Origin: Octopus vulgaris
Lineage: Eukaryota
DNA: 64,000 bases
Direction: 5' to 3'
Assembly (NCBI GenBank): GCA_951406725.2
Contig: OX597819.1
Span: forward strand, 96,162,001-96,226,000
Position numbers and translations under genes: made by a program. This document shows positions 1 to 10,743 of the stretch, piece by piece (position 1 is the first letter of the stretch; each line of letters begins with the position of its first letter). The notes beneath the pieces are model-generated. The model worked only from the letters and a program-made list of their open reading frames with translations, was not told the DNA's origin and searched no databases.

Positions 1-1826
1 CGGCTTACTAACTGCAAACATGGAAAAGATAAGTGAAGCACTAAATAAACAATTCCGAAGTGATTTCACTTCTCCACTGGAAAATATGCAAATAAACAAG
101 CCGAAGGAGTTTTTCAATGTAATGAATCTATTTGGAAAAGAGGTAACTATCGATTACATCAACATAACAGAAGAGGATATAATATCAGCCTTTGATGAGA
201 TGAGATGAAACTCAGTAACAACCTAGATGGACTCCCAGCTGTTCTTTTAAGGACATGTAAAAAGGTTCTTGCAAAGCCACTATAGATACTCTTTCAGAGT
301 TTCCTTGCATGGGATAAACTTCCCAACATGGTAAAAGAGGGTATGATATGCCCTGTCCATAAAGGAGGGAGCAGAGCAGATGCTAAAAACTACAGGCCCA
401 TCTCTCTTACCTCACATGTTAGCCATACAATGGAGCGCATTGTCAGAAAAAGGCTGATCACGCTCCTAGAAGAAAACAACCTTCTCACAAACACGCAACA
501 TGGCTTCTGTCCAGGGAGGAGCTGCCTCACACAGTTGCTGCAGCACTTTGACTGGGTACTGAAGCAACAGCTAAACCTGTCGGCTGTAGACGTGATATAC
601 CTCGACTTTGCCAAGGCTTTCGACAAGGTTGATCATGGCATGATATATCTCTTGGTATTACCGGGAAGCTGGGAGAATGGCTGCATGATTTTCTGAAAGG
701 CAGGTGTCAGACAGTTGTAGCCAATGGTGCTCACTCTGAAGAAACACCAATTATCAGCGGAGTCCCCCAGGGAACTGTGCTGGGACCACTACTATTTGTG
801 GTGGCCATCTTAGACATGCCCTCCGCGGTACAGTCAGCCAATCTGACCATTTATGCTAACGACACAAAAGTATCGCAGGCAGTTAGGAACCCAGAGGACA
901 ACATAAAACTGCAGAAAGACCTGAATGAAATATACAAATGGTCTAACAAAAATAACATGCAGTTCAATGTTATGAAATTTCAGGCACTCTACTATCGGTC
1001 CAACACCAGGCTAAAATCGGAATACACTGGACCAGAAGGTAATACGATCCTAGAGTCAGAGTCGGTGCATGAGCTGGGGGTACACATGAGCAATGGTGCA
1101 ACATTCTATGTGCATATTACCAAGATGGCAGCACTGTGCAGGTGAATGGCTGGATGGATTCTGAGGACTTCAGAACCAGGAAAAGGGAAGTTCTACTATT
1201 CCTATGGGAGACTTTCGTTCCCAGACTCTTGGACTACCGCACTCAACAATGGTCTCCAGAGAGTGTGAAACAAACTGTGGAATTAGAAGCAATCCAGCGC
1301 CAATACACAAAGAAGATTGACTCGATGCAAAAGATGGGCTACTGGGAGAGGCTAAAGGAGCTGAGTCTCAATTCCCTGGAGAGAAGACGAGAGAGATATG
1401 TGGTGATATATATTTGGAAGGTCTTGGAGGGTTTAGCTCCCAATTTTAGAATTGACAGCTATACCAATCCTCGAACTGGACGGCACTGCATCGTACCAAA
1501 GATCCCGTCTTCCCCATCTTAAATAAGGACACAGTACTTCAATAGTCTGGGTTTCAAAGGCCCCGCAATTGTTTAACCCCCCTTCCAGGCAACCTTAGAG
1601 ATCTACATGGTGTTGATGTGGAAGTTTTCAAGGAACGTTTGGAAAGGTTTCTCTCTGAGATACCAGATGAACCGACATCGCGGCAGGAGACACAAAGAAG
1701 AGCAGCTCCGTCCAACTCGCTACTTCATCAAAAACAATATCGGAAACAACACCGAGTAACTACAGGTGGTGCACCAGTATGACCTCAGCCCTGGGCTGAA
1801 ACCAGCAAAGGATAAAGGATAAAGGG
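1..1826 (+). mobile_element. CR1-group non-LTR retrotransposon, decayed 3' part (RT and C-terminal region, frameshifted)
   Basis: ORF pieces 328-696, 777-1145 and 1136-1522 carry RT motifs NYRPISLTS, QHGF.PGRSC, YLDFAKAFDKVDH, GPLLF, YANDTK (decayed YADD) and SLERRRER. Collinear with the ORF at 16821-18923. Ends in a stem-loop tail plus (GATAAAG)n repeats. Confidence 0.93.
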
Positions 1827-1827
1827 T

Positions 1828-1828
1828 A

Positions 1829-1907
<79 letters not shown>

Positions 1908-1923
1908 ATTATTATTATTATTA
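1828..1923. repeat. (TAT)n microsatellite
   Basis: Direct reading; abuts the LINE tail. Confidence 0.97.
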
Positions 1924-1951
1924 GTATTACGATATGTTATTATATAGTTAG

Positions 1952-2018
<67 letters not shown>

Positions 2019-2078
2019 GCTTATGTATTACAAAACAAACATTATTTAGACGTTTAAGTAAATGTTTATACGAGGACA

Positions 2079-2113
<35 letters not shown>

Positions 2114-2445
2114 GCATATAGGCACACGCATACACACACATTCAGGCGTAGGTTTATAGATACATACATACAGGGATAAAGGGATGCAAGTTCCTTGGAT
2201 TCTACCTTTTGTCACATTCTGCGTTTATCTAAAAATACACAATCAGAAATAAAAGAAGTAAAATCAGAGAAAAAGAGGAGAAGCGTTACACTAACAAAAA
2301 CACAAAGAAGACAGAAAATTAGATTTTTGAGTCTTATTTCTCAGACAATTATTTTTTCAGTTTCTCAGGAATATACTCATCATGTACTCCTAACCATATA
2401 TCTGTGCACGTTAACGCCTAATCCTAATCACATATTCATAAACAT

Positions 2446-2588
2446 GGCGTAGGCGTACCTGTGTAGTAAGAGGTTATCTTCCCAACCATATGGTTCCAGG
2501 TTCAGTACCACTGGAACCTACGGCAAGTGTTTTCTACTATAGCCTTGGGCCGAGCGGATTTGGTGTAGACGAAACTGAAAGAAGCTTG

Positions 2589-2656
<68 letters not shown>

Positions 2657-3371
2657 ACACATACACACACACACACGCACACGCACACACACACACATAC
2701 ACACACACATTATCAAACTAGTTACAGATCGAAGAGCTGTTGATTCATATAGCTGATAAAAAATTATATTTACCCTGGATTATTTTTGAATGAATCTTAA
2801 AAAGACCGTTACAATGTCACGTGGATAATTCATATTTTTCATATAGTTTGTCAGTTATGTCGTTCAATAAGCAAATAATAAACAAATAAATAAATACAGA
2901 TGGCTTATCCACGTGACATTGTAATTGTTTTTTAAAATTCATTCTAGAATAATCTAGAGCAAATATAATTTTTCACCAACTTTATACAACCCACAATTCT
3001 TCGATCTGTAACTATTTTGATAAGTGCCAACGCACGAAACTCCCAGCCCTTGAATCACTTCATTGCTTTGCAAAATATTAATGATAATATAAATATACTC
3101 ATATTGTGAGTTATATTTTCCTGTTTGCATCACAATACCAGGATATAACCCCCCCCGCCACATATTTATGTGTGTTTGTGTCCGTTTATGTCCACTGTCA
3201 CTGCTTGATAACCGCTGTCGGTGTATTTACATCCTCGTAATCTAGCGTTTAGGCAAAAGTCATAGATAGGTGCCAGGGTTAAAAAGTAAGTACTGGGGTC
3301 GATTCGTTCGACTAAAATTCTTCAAAACGGTGCTCAGCATGGCCGCAGTCTAATGACTGAAACAAGTAAAA
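2446..3371 (+). mobile_element. tRNA-derived SINE (family B), interrupted in its internal microsatellite by a foldback element
   Basis: Head ggcgtaggcgt...gtggtaagaag...ggttcagtccca-like at 2446-2590 and tail ...cagcatggccgcagtctaatgactgaaacaagtaaaa at ~3165-3371. Both match the full copies at 30448-30908, 44385-44792 and 59105-59504. Confidence 0.8.
2710..3023. mobile_element. Foldback/MITE with ~120-bp imperfect terminal inverted repeats
   Basis: ttatcaaactagttacagatcgaaga... at the left mirrors tcttcgatctgtaactattttgataa at the right; the inner arms ttacaatgtcacgtggataa / ttatccacgtgacattgtaa are exact reverse complements. Confidence 0.75.
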
Positions 3372-3486
3372 TATGTATTCATAAAAATATGCTTCTAACA
3401 ATATACTCTATACTATATACTCATAACTATATATTCTTAACAATATGTGCTTAACCATATAAAATTAAAAATTCTAACCGTGCTGT

Positions 3487-4482
3487 ATGTCCCAGAATTA
3501 ACTCCCTATTTCAGTGAAATCGGACAATTTAAAAAAAAACTCACTTTTATATATGTTTATCATGCTTAATATGTGTTAAAAGTGTATAAATTCCTAAATT
3601 TGTTTATAATTCTATAATTTTTATAATTTTTTTATAATTTTATTTTCATTCTTGTTGGACCCCGCTTATCTGTTCACAACAGTTTTCAATTCAATTTGGC
3701 CGCAACCATTTCCCCTACCTCCACTCCCAGGATGGAGCAATAGCTTAGCTGAACTTAAAGAACACATTTAGTTAGCAGTGCAGGAGATGACTCCCGAAAT
3801 GCTTCATAATGTGCTTCGTAACTCTAAAGATAGATTTGAAATTTTCAGGGATAAAAACGGAGCACCTGTTGAAAATTTTCAATAAAGTTTCGACAGAGGA
3901 TTTATAAATCTATTTGTTTTGGCATCATAATTAAGTATTAAACATAAAATTCTGTCAGTTTTTTTTATATTTTCCTGATTTCATTGAAATATATAGTTAA
4001 TTCTAGGACACCCTATATATTACAAAACATCCAGATAGACGATGCAAGGAAACAAGGACGGATCATTCGGAGTTTTCTTTCCTCAGTCGAGTCCCAGATT
4101 ATCTTTGCAATTTCGGTTGGTTATACTCGAGTTTGCTCCAATCTAGCCAGCTCCAAAGGAAAAACTAAGCTAAGAGCATTAGATTCCTTGGAAGAAAGCA
4201 GCGAATGTATACAAAAACAAGGACGGAAAAAACGGACAATGTTACACAAATACAATTAAAAAAATAATAAAAATAATAACAGGACATAACAACAGGTGTC
4301 TTTCGACTAAGGGCGAATTGAATTAAGATGGCGTGTGTGGAAATAAAGCCTTACGGCAGGGATACAAGACTTCACAGGCACAGAGAGGAATATCATAATT
4401 AATAAAGATAAAATTCTGCCAGTTTCTTTTTAGATTTTTCCTGATTTCATTGAAATATGTAGTTAATTCTGGGACACCCTAT
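3487..4482. mobile_element. Tc1/mariner-type non-autonomous relic with duplicated right end
   Basis: Left tgtcccagaattaact..atttcagtgaaatc is inverted relative to gatttcattgaaatat.tagttaattct.ggacaccct-TA, which occurs twice (~3975-4013 and ~4440-4482). Confidence 0.6.
4025..4392 (-). repeat. Dispersed non-coding repeat, reverse-complement copy of 59760-60100
   Basis: Long matching blocks, e.g. aacaggtgtctttcgactaagg.cgaattgaattaag and aaagccttacggcagggatacaaga. Confidence 0.85.
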
Positions 4483-4824
4483 ATATTCCTCACCATGTGT
4501 TCCTAACCCTATCCTCCTTACCATATACTGTTAAGCACATGCTCGAACCATATATTCTCTTCACCATATACTCCGAGATATAATGTTTAAATCCGCCACT
4601 ACAGAGTTGACTAAAAAACATATATGGATACGACCTTCATTATATTATAGCGACAAAATGTGTCCACGACCTCGTTTCTTGTCTCTAACAATAAGTCTGT
4701 CCTTCGTTCTTGAGATTATCTCCCCTTTTATTATGGAGCTAGTCATGATTGCCAGATATAATGACCAGGTATAATTTTAATAAATCAAGAATTTATGTTG
4801 TATCATATTTGATATGCCTGTATT

Positions 4825-4895
<71 letters not shown>

Positions 4896-4970
4896 GAGAG
4901 AGAGGGAGAGAGGGGGAGAGAGAGGGAGAGGGAGAGAGAGAGGGAGAGAGAGAGGGAGAGGGAGAGAGAA

Positions 4971-5001
<31 letters not shown>

Positions 5002-5859
5002 ATCCTACTATAACAATGTAATTTTGCCTTCTCTACAGGTTATCTTTGGTTCCAAGCACAGCCATTCCATCTTATTTTCAGACAATATTTATAGGGAGTG
5101 TAGGGGTATATGTCCTTTTTCAACATGGCAAAATTTTTATTGAGGGGATATTTAGTTGCTATTTCCGGTAGGTAGGAGACCAAGCAGAAGCTTCTGCTTG
5201 TCCTCGTAATGCTAAACATGCATCCCAGTTGTATCTGAAGCAAAAAACATACAGAAGAAAAAAAACAAAAACAAAAATCTATTTCCACGTAACCCTCCCT
5301 TCCTACTTGCACTGTTACTATGCTTTAGCTTTACAATTCCCCCTTTATGTAATAGTTAACACTTGTTAACGTGCTTATTATCTCCGACTTATTGTCTCCA
5401 TTATCACATTCTGATGACATATTGTCTTACCACGTCACACACAAACACATACACACAAGCAAGCAATACACATACACACACGAGAGAGAGTATTAGTAGT
5501 TTTTGACAATTTCACGCAGTTTGTCAATGGATGAGATTATGTGAAATAAGAATTGTGTTTTCTCTTTATTCAACCTCCATTAATAAACATAATAAACACA
5601 ATAAATACTTTGAAAGAATGTTATTTCAAAAAAATTATTCAGTTTGTTGAATTGTTTAATTAAGGTCATGAGAAACTGATTAGATATGGTGAGTGTGGAA
5701 GAGTAGGTCGGAATGGGCATGTGGATTGACCTGGAAAACAATAACCGTAAGACTAAGTACACATAAAGTTCACAACAATAATTGTATACAGCAAGTAATT
5801 TAAAAATTTTAAGCCTTTCTGGTGATCCGTTTCACCGTTAAGAGCGTTTGGATTAGCCC

Positions 5860-6460
5860 CTAGCCTAAACTGAAATTTTATGGGAGTGAGACTAGTTAAT
5901 TACGTCGACCCAAGTGATCAACTGGTACTTATTTTATCGACTCAAATAAGGACGAAGGGAAAAGTCGACTTCGGCCGAATTTGGACTTAGAACGTAAAGA
6001 CGAACGAAATACTACAAAGCATTTTGTCCGGTTTGCTAACAATTTTGGACTGCTAGCCGCCTTAATAACGATGATAATAATAATGTAGGATTTCAAATTT
6101 AGGTACGAGGCTAGCAATTTCGGGGGAGGGGTAAGTCGATTATAGCGACCATAGTGCTCAACTGGTACTTATTTTATCGACTCCGAAAAAATGAAAGCTA
6201 AGTCGATCTCGAGGGAATTTTTATAACAGCAACAAAAACAACAACAATAATAATCTTTTCTACTATAGGCACAAGGCCTGAAATTTTGGAGAAGGAGACT
6301 AGTCAATTACATCGTCCCCAGCTCTCAACTGGTATTTATTTGATCGACGCCGAAAGGATGAAAGGCAAAGTTGGCCTCTGCGGCATTTGAACTCAGATAG
6401 ACGAAATATCGTTAAGCATTTCGTCCAGTGTACTAACGATTCTGCCAGCTTGTTGCCTTA
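5860..6460 (-). mobile_element. Cluster of three tandem tRNA-derived SINE (family A) copies/fragments
   Basis: Repeated core caactggtactta.tttatcgac.ccgaaaggatgaaaggcaaagtcgacc..ggcggaatttgaactcagaacg (B-box gagttcaaattcc on minus) at ~5920, ~6160 and ~6325. Confidence 0.85.
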
Positions 6461-7756
6461 ATAACAACAACAAAATCACCATTGTTAATATTTGATTAAC
6501 ACTGGACTACAGTTTTGTCAAAGAAACAAATTAAGGGAAACCTCCCTTACAATCAATTACAACGATTTCTCATCACCAGAAATTTTTACAGATGCTGCAG
6601 CTTCTATGTCTCACCAGCCATTCTTTGCACAGAAGTGTGGGCAACAAATATATATTCTTACTAGTGGAACACCTCCATTCTTCAAGAAACAAAAGAGCAA
6701 AGGTCACAGAAGATGAATGTTGTGGACACTACTGATGACACAGAAGATAATTATGGAAAACATTGATGATAGAACAAATGATGACCATAGAGAAAACAGT
6801 CCACGTCACGGAGGATGACCATATGAGACATTGCTGATGGTACAGAAGATAAAGATATAAAGGCTTTCACATGTCTAGCACCTTAACAAACGTGATGTCC
6901 AACATATAAATAAATAAAAATTCCAACTAACTTCGATCTGGTTGAATAAATGCAACTTGTTCTAGGCCTCAAATCGACGTACAAGGACAGGCTATACCCC
7001 CAGAAAGATTGAGAAAAAAATCTACAATTTCTACGAAGTTGGCATGTCTGGTATACTTTCTAAAAGGATATATAATATGGCGTCAGAATGTGCTTCAGTT
7101 TATTCTACCAAATAATTTTGTAGAGATGCAGTGAATCACCTAGTTTCAGTTCTTTGAGAAAAAAGCTCTTTTATGCTACTCATATGAACTTCCACCGCTC
7201 TTAAAAAATGGCATTTTTATTTTTTATGGAGTTGTTGCATAAAGACATATCATCTGATTGCTCGTGATAAATGGTGCATCATTGTTGATAACAAAAAATA
7301 AAAAAATAAAAAAATAAAACAAGTGTCACTATTAATTGATATGACAATGATAAATGACTATAGAGAAGGCGGGGGATTGGTAGAACGTTTAGTACATCGG
7401 ATAGAATGAGTGGTGGTATTTGTTCTGGCTCTCTGGACTCTAAGTTCAAATGCCACGCAGCTCCAAATGACGTCTGCGGACCGTCAGAGAGCAGTATCTC
7501 CGAATGTCTGGAGTGTCGTTTTCAAGCATGGAGGAACTATTCGTCCACACTCACCGTATCAACTCAGTTACTCATGACCTTAACAATTAAAAAAAAAAAA
7601 GCTGAATGAATTTTTTGAAAAAAAAATCGTTATAATATTTAATGAAAACGGAATAAAGAGAAGGATTGTTTCTATTTTACAAAATCTCTTCCATTGACAA
7701 ACATCACAAAAGTGTCGAAACTACTGAAAAACTATTGACACGTTCTCACACACATA

Positions 7757-7975
7757 TTTATCTTTTATCTTTTACCTACTTCAGCGATTAGACTGCGGCC
7801 ATTCTGGGGCACCGCCTTGGAGAATACTTAGTCGAAGGAATTGACTCCAGTACTTACTTTTTTTTAAAGCTTGGTACACATTCTATCGATTTCTTTTGCC
7901 AAACCGCGAAGTTATGAGAACGTAAGCAACCCAATACTGGTTGTCAAGCCGGGGTGAACAAGCATAGATACAAAG
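7757..7975 (-). mobile_element. SINE family B, 3' half
   Basis: gactgcggccattctggggcaccgcc...tagtcgaa...ttttgccaaaccgc.aagtta matches the tail of the family B copies. Confidence 0.75.
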
Positions 7976-8096
7976 GCACACTTACATGCGTACATACATA
8001 CATAAATACATATTTACATACATACATACATATACATATACATACATACATGCATATACATACATACATACATACATACATACATACATACATACA

Positions 8097-8132
<36 letters not shown>

Positions 8133-8231
8133 TGTACGTATATATGTATATGTATGTATGTGTGTATGTAAGTATGTATGTAAGTATGTATGTATGTATG
8201 TATGTATGTATGTATGTATGTATGTATGTAT

Positions 8232-8436
8232 TATGTGACAGCGTGTGTTTCGTTGGCGATTTTCTTTCTCCGTCTTCCCTTCTTTGGACTTTTTCTATAT
8301 TTCTGATGAAGAGCTCCGCTCGAAACGTGAAGTCCTCTTTCTTTTCTTTCCTTTCCTGAGCGTCCAATAACACTGTACACGTTCCACGTCCTCGCGTTGT
8401 TGTTTTTTCTTGCTTGTTCATGTTTGGATTGACTAT
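8232..8436 (+). mobile_element. Short Penelope-like (pLTR-type) element carrying a minimal hammerhead motif
   Basis: Related to 34968-35165, 53835-53980 and 61246-61430; contains TTT-CTGATGA-A-GAGC-TCC-GCTC-GAAACGT-G-AAG at 8300-8332. Confidence 0.65.
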
Positions 8437-8445
8437 ATATATACA

Positions 8446-10057
8446 CAGTTGCGGCCAAAATGTTCAGAACGGTATTGTTTTCGTCAGAAAAGTAGACATA
8501 ATTATTTATCAAAGTTGTTTTATATTCTATAATTTTCACACACAATAAATACGATATTCTTTGTTATTGTCTGAGATTTTGGTGTAATTTGAGAGGATAA
8601 TACAAAAGCTATAGATGATTTAGTGATTTACTGCAAAACCCATGGCGGCCAAAATGATCAGAACGGTTGCTTTTACTCCGTGTTTTAGTATATTTAACCG
8701 GCGAACTCTAATGTTTTGAATTTGTTTACGTGACGGTTCGTTTACTAAACATTAGTAAGAATATTTGCAGAGTACTTTGTTAATATAATGCCACTTACTC
8801 CGTTACCAATTCGTCAGCAGATTATTAAGCTTCGAAAGAAGGATAATTTAAGTATTGGGTCTATTGCAACGATTGTTAACAAGTCAAAAAGTGTTGTTCA
8901 CGGTATTTTTAAGGCCTACGATGATTGTGGTTCGTGTGAAGCAAAAAAGTTTACAGGTAGGCCAAGAAAACGACCAAGAGAGAAGATCGTGCTATGGTAA
9001 AATTGGTTAAAAAGGACAGATTTAAAACTGCTGCTGCTGTTTCTCGGGAAATGAGCATTGTACTAAAGAAAACTTTATCTCGAAAAACTGTGTCTTGTCG
9101 TATAGTTAAACATGGCCTACAAGCAAGAGCACCTGCAGTGAAGCCACTGATCAGCTCCAAGAATAAAAAGTGTCATCTTACCTTTGCAACCGAACATGTG
9201 TTGTGGTCTCATGAAAAATGGCAAACGGTGCATTTCAGTGATGAATCTAAGTTTATGTTATTTGGCTCAGATGGGAAAAGTAGGTGAAAAATTGTCGCCT
9301 AAATGCCTTAAGACTAGTGTTAAATTCGGTGGAGGAAGTGTCAGAGTTTGGGGGATGATATCTGGAGATGGTGTGGGGCCCTTTGGTGCAATTATATGGA
9401 AAGGTAAATGCAGGAGTTTATAAACATCTTGTAAAAGATCATGCCTTGCCTGTGCTGAGAAATTCAACTAAGCGACCACCCATATTCATGCAGGACAATG
9501 CCCAATGTCACAAGGCTAAGGTGATCATGAACTTCCTCAAGGCTGAAAAGGTTATTGTTATGGATTGGCCTGCTCAAAGCCCAGATCTCAATCCTATTGA
9601 AAATGTGTGGAATGTACTAGGAGAACGTTCGAAAGCCAGAAATCCTAAAACAACCGAGGAATTATGGAATGCCCTTCAGGAAGAATGGAATAAGATCACC
9701 CAGCAAGAAATAGAAAATTTAATTTCCTCATGCAGTCGAAGATGTCAGAGTGTGATTGAAGCTAAAGGGCTTCACACTAAATATTAAATAATTCCAGTAT
9801 TCTCTGTCATTTTTTATTATTTTGTTATATTTTCAACCGTTCTGATCATTTTGGCCGCCATGGGTTTTGCAGTAAATCACTAAATCATCCATAAGTTTTG
9901 TATTATCCTCTCAAATTACACCAAAATCTCAGACACTAACAATTCATATTGTATTTATTGTCTGTGAAAATTATAGAATATAAAACAACTTTGATAAAAA
10001 CTTATACCTACTTTTCTGACGAAAACAATACCGTTCTGAACATTTTGGCCGCAACTG
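8446..10057 (+). mobile_element. Full-length Tc1-family DNA transposon, IR/DR type, ~1.6 kb
   Basis: ~224-bp TIRs (cagttgcggccaaaatgttcagaacggta... / ...taccgttctgaacattttggccgcaactg-TA), each with an internal direct repeat gcggccaaaatg.tcagaacggt; encloses a Tc1 transposase. Confidence 0.96.
8788..9787 (+). pseudogene. Tc1 DD34E transposase, frameshifted with a small internal deletion
   Basis: HTH region with GRPRK, then VHFSDESKF, FMQDNAQCH and WPAQSPDLNPIENVW; 34 residues between the second D and the E; split over several frames. Confidence 0.93.
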
Positions 10058-10108
<51 letters not shown>

Positions 10109-10259
10109 TTGAAATTCAGTTGAATTAGGTACTTAAGTTGAAGCACCAAGTCAGTCCGGTATTATCTGAACAGTTCGAAGTAAGATGAATAAAATCAAAA
10201 TAAGCAACGGGATATCCTATTGCTTATTTTGATTATATATATATATATATATATATATA

Positions 10260-10743
10260 CAGGGATTGGACAAAATAATGGAAACACCTAGCATCATAGA
10301 ATCATAATTCTGAAATATCTATAAAGCCGTCAAAAGCTTGTTTATTTTTATGCTTTTGATTTATTATTAGTGTTGCTTACTATGTTTTGCTAAAATTGAT
10401 GTTTCTTTTCAGATATCATCAGAAAAAGGTAATTCAAATTCATTAAAATGACAAATCTATTGGACTTTTAAAGAGGTCAAATTGTTGGTGATCGTATGGC
10501 AGGCGCTAGCGTAACGAAAACAGCCGAAATGTTTGGTGTATTAAGAAGTACTGTCTCGAAAATAATGACAGTCCTTGAGAAAGAGGGAAAATCTCCTCAT
10601 CGAAACAAAACTCCGAGAGAAAACCAAAACTTTCACATAGAGACCGTCGGACTCTTACGCAAATTGTTAGAAAGCATCACAAAAGTACAGCTCCCAAAAT
10701 TACTGCAGTGCTTAATTACCACCTCGGGAATCCAGTTTCCACA
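10260..10743 (+). mobile_element. 5' fragment of a second Tc1-family element (left TIR and transposase N-terminus)
   Basis: TA-cagggattggacaaaataatggaaacacc end; translation LDF*RGQIVGDRMAGASVTKTAEMFGVLRSTVSKIM is a typical Tc1 paired-like HTH; truncated at ~10743. Confidence 0.82.
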
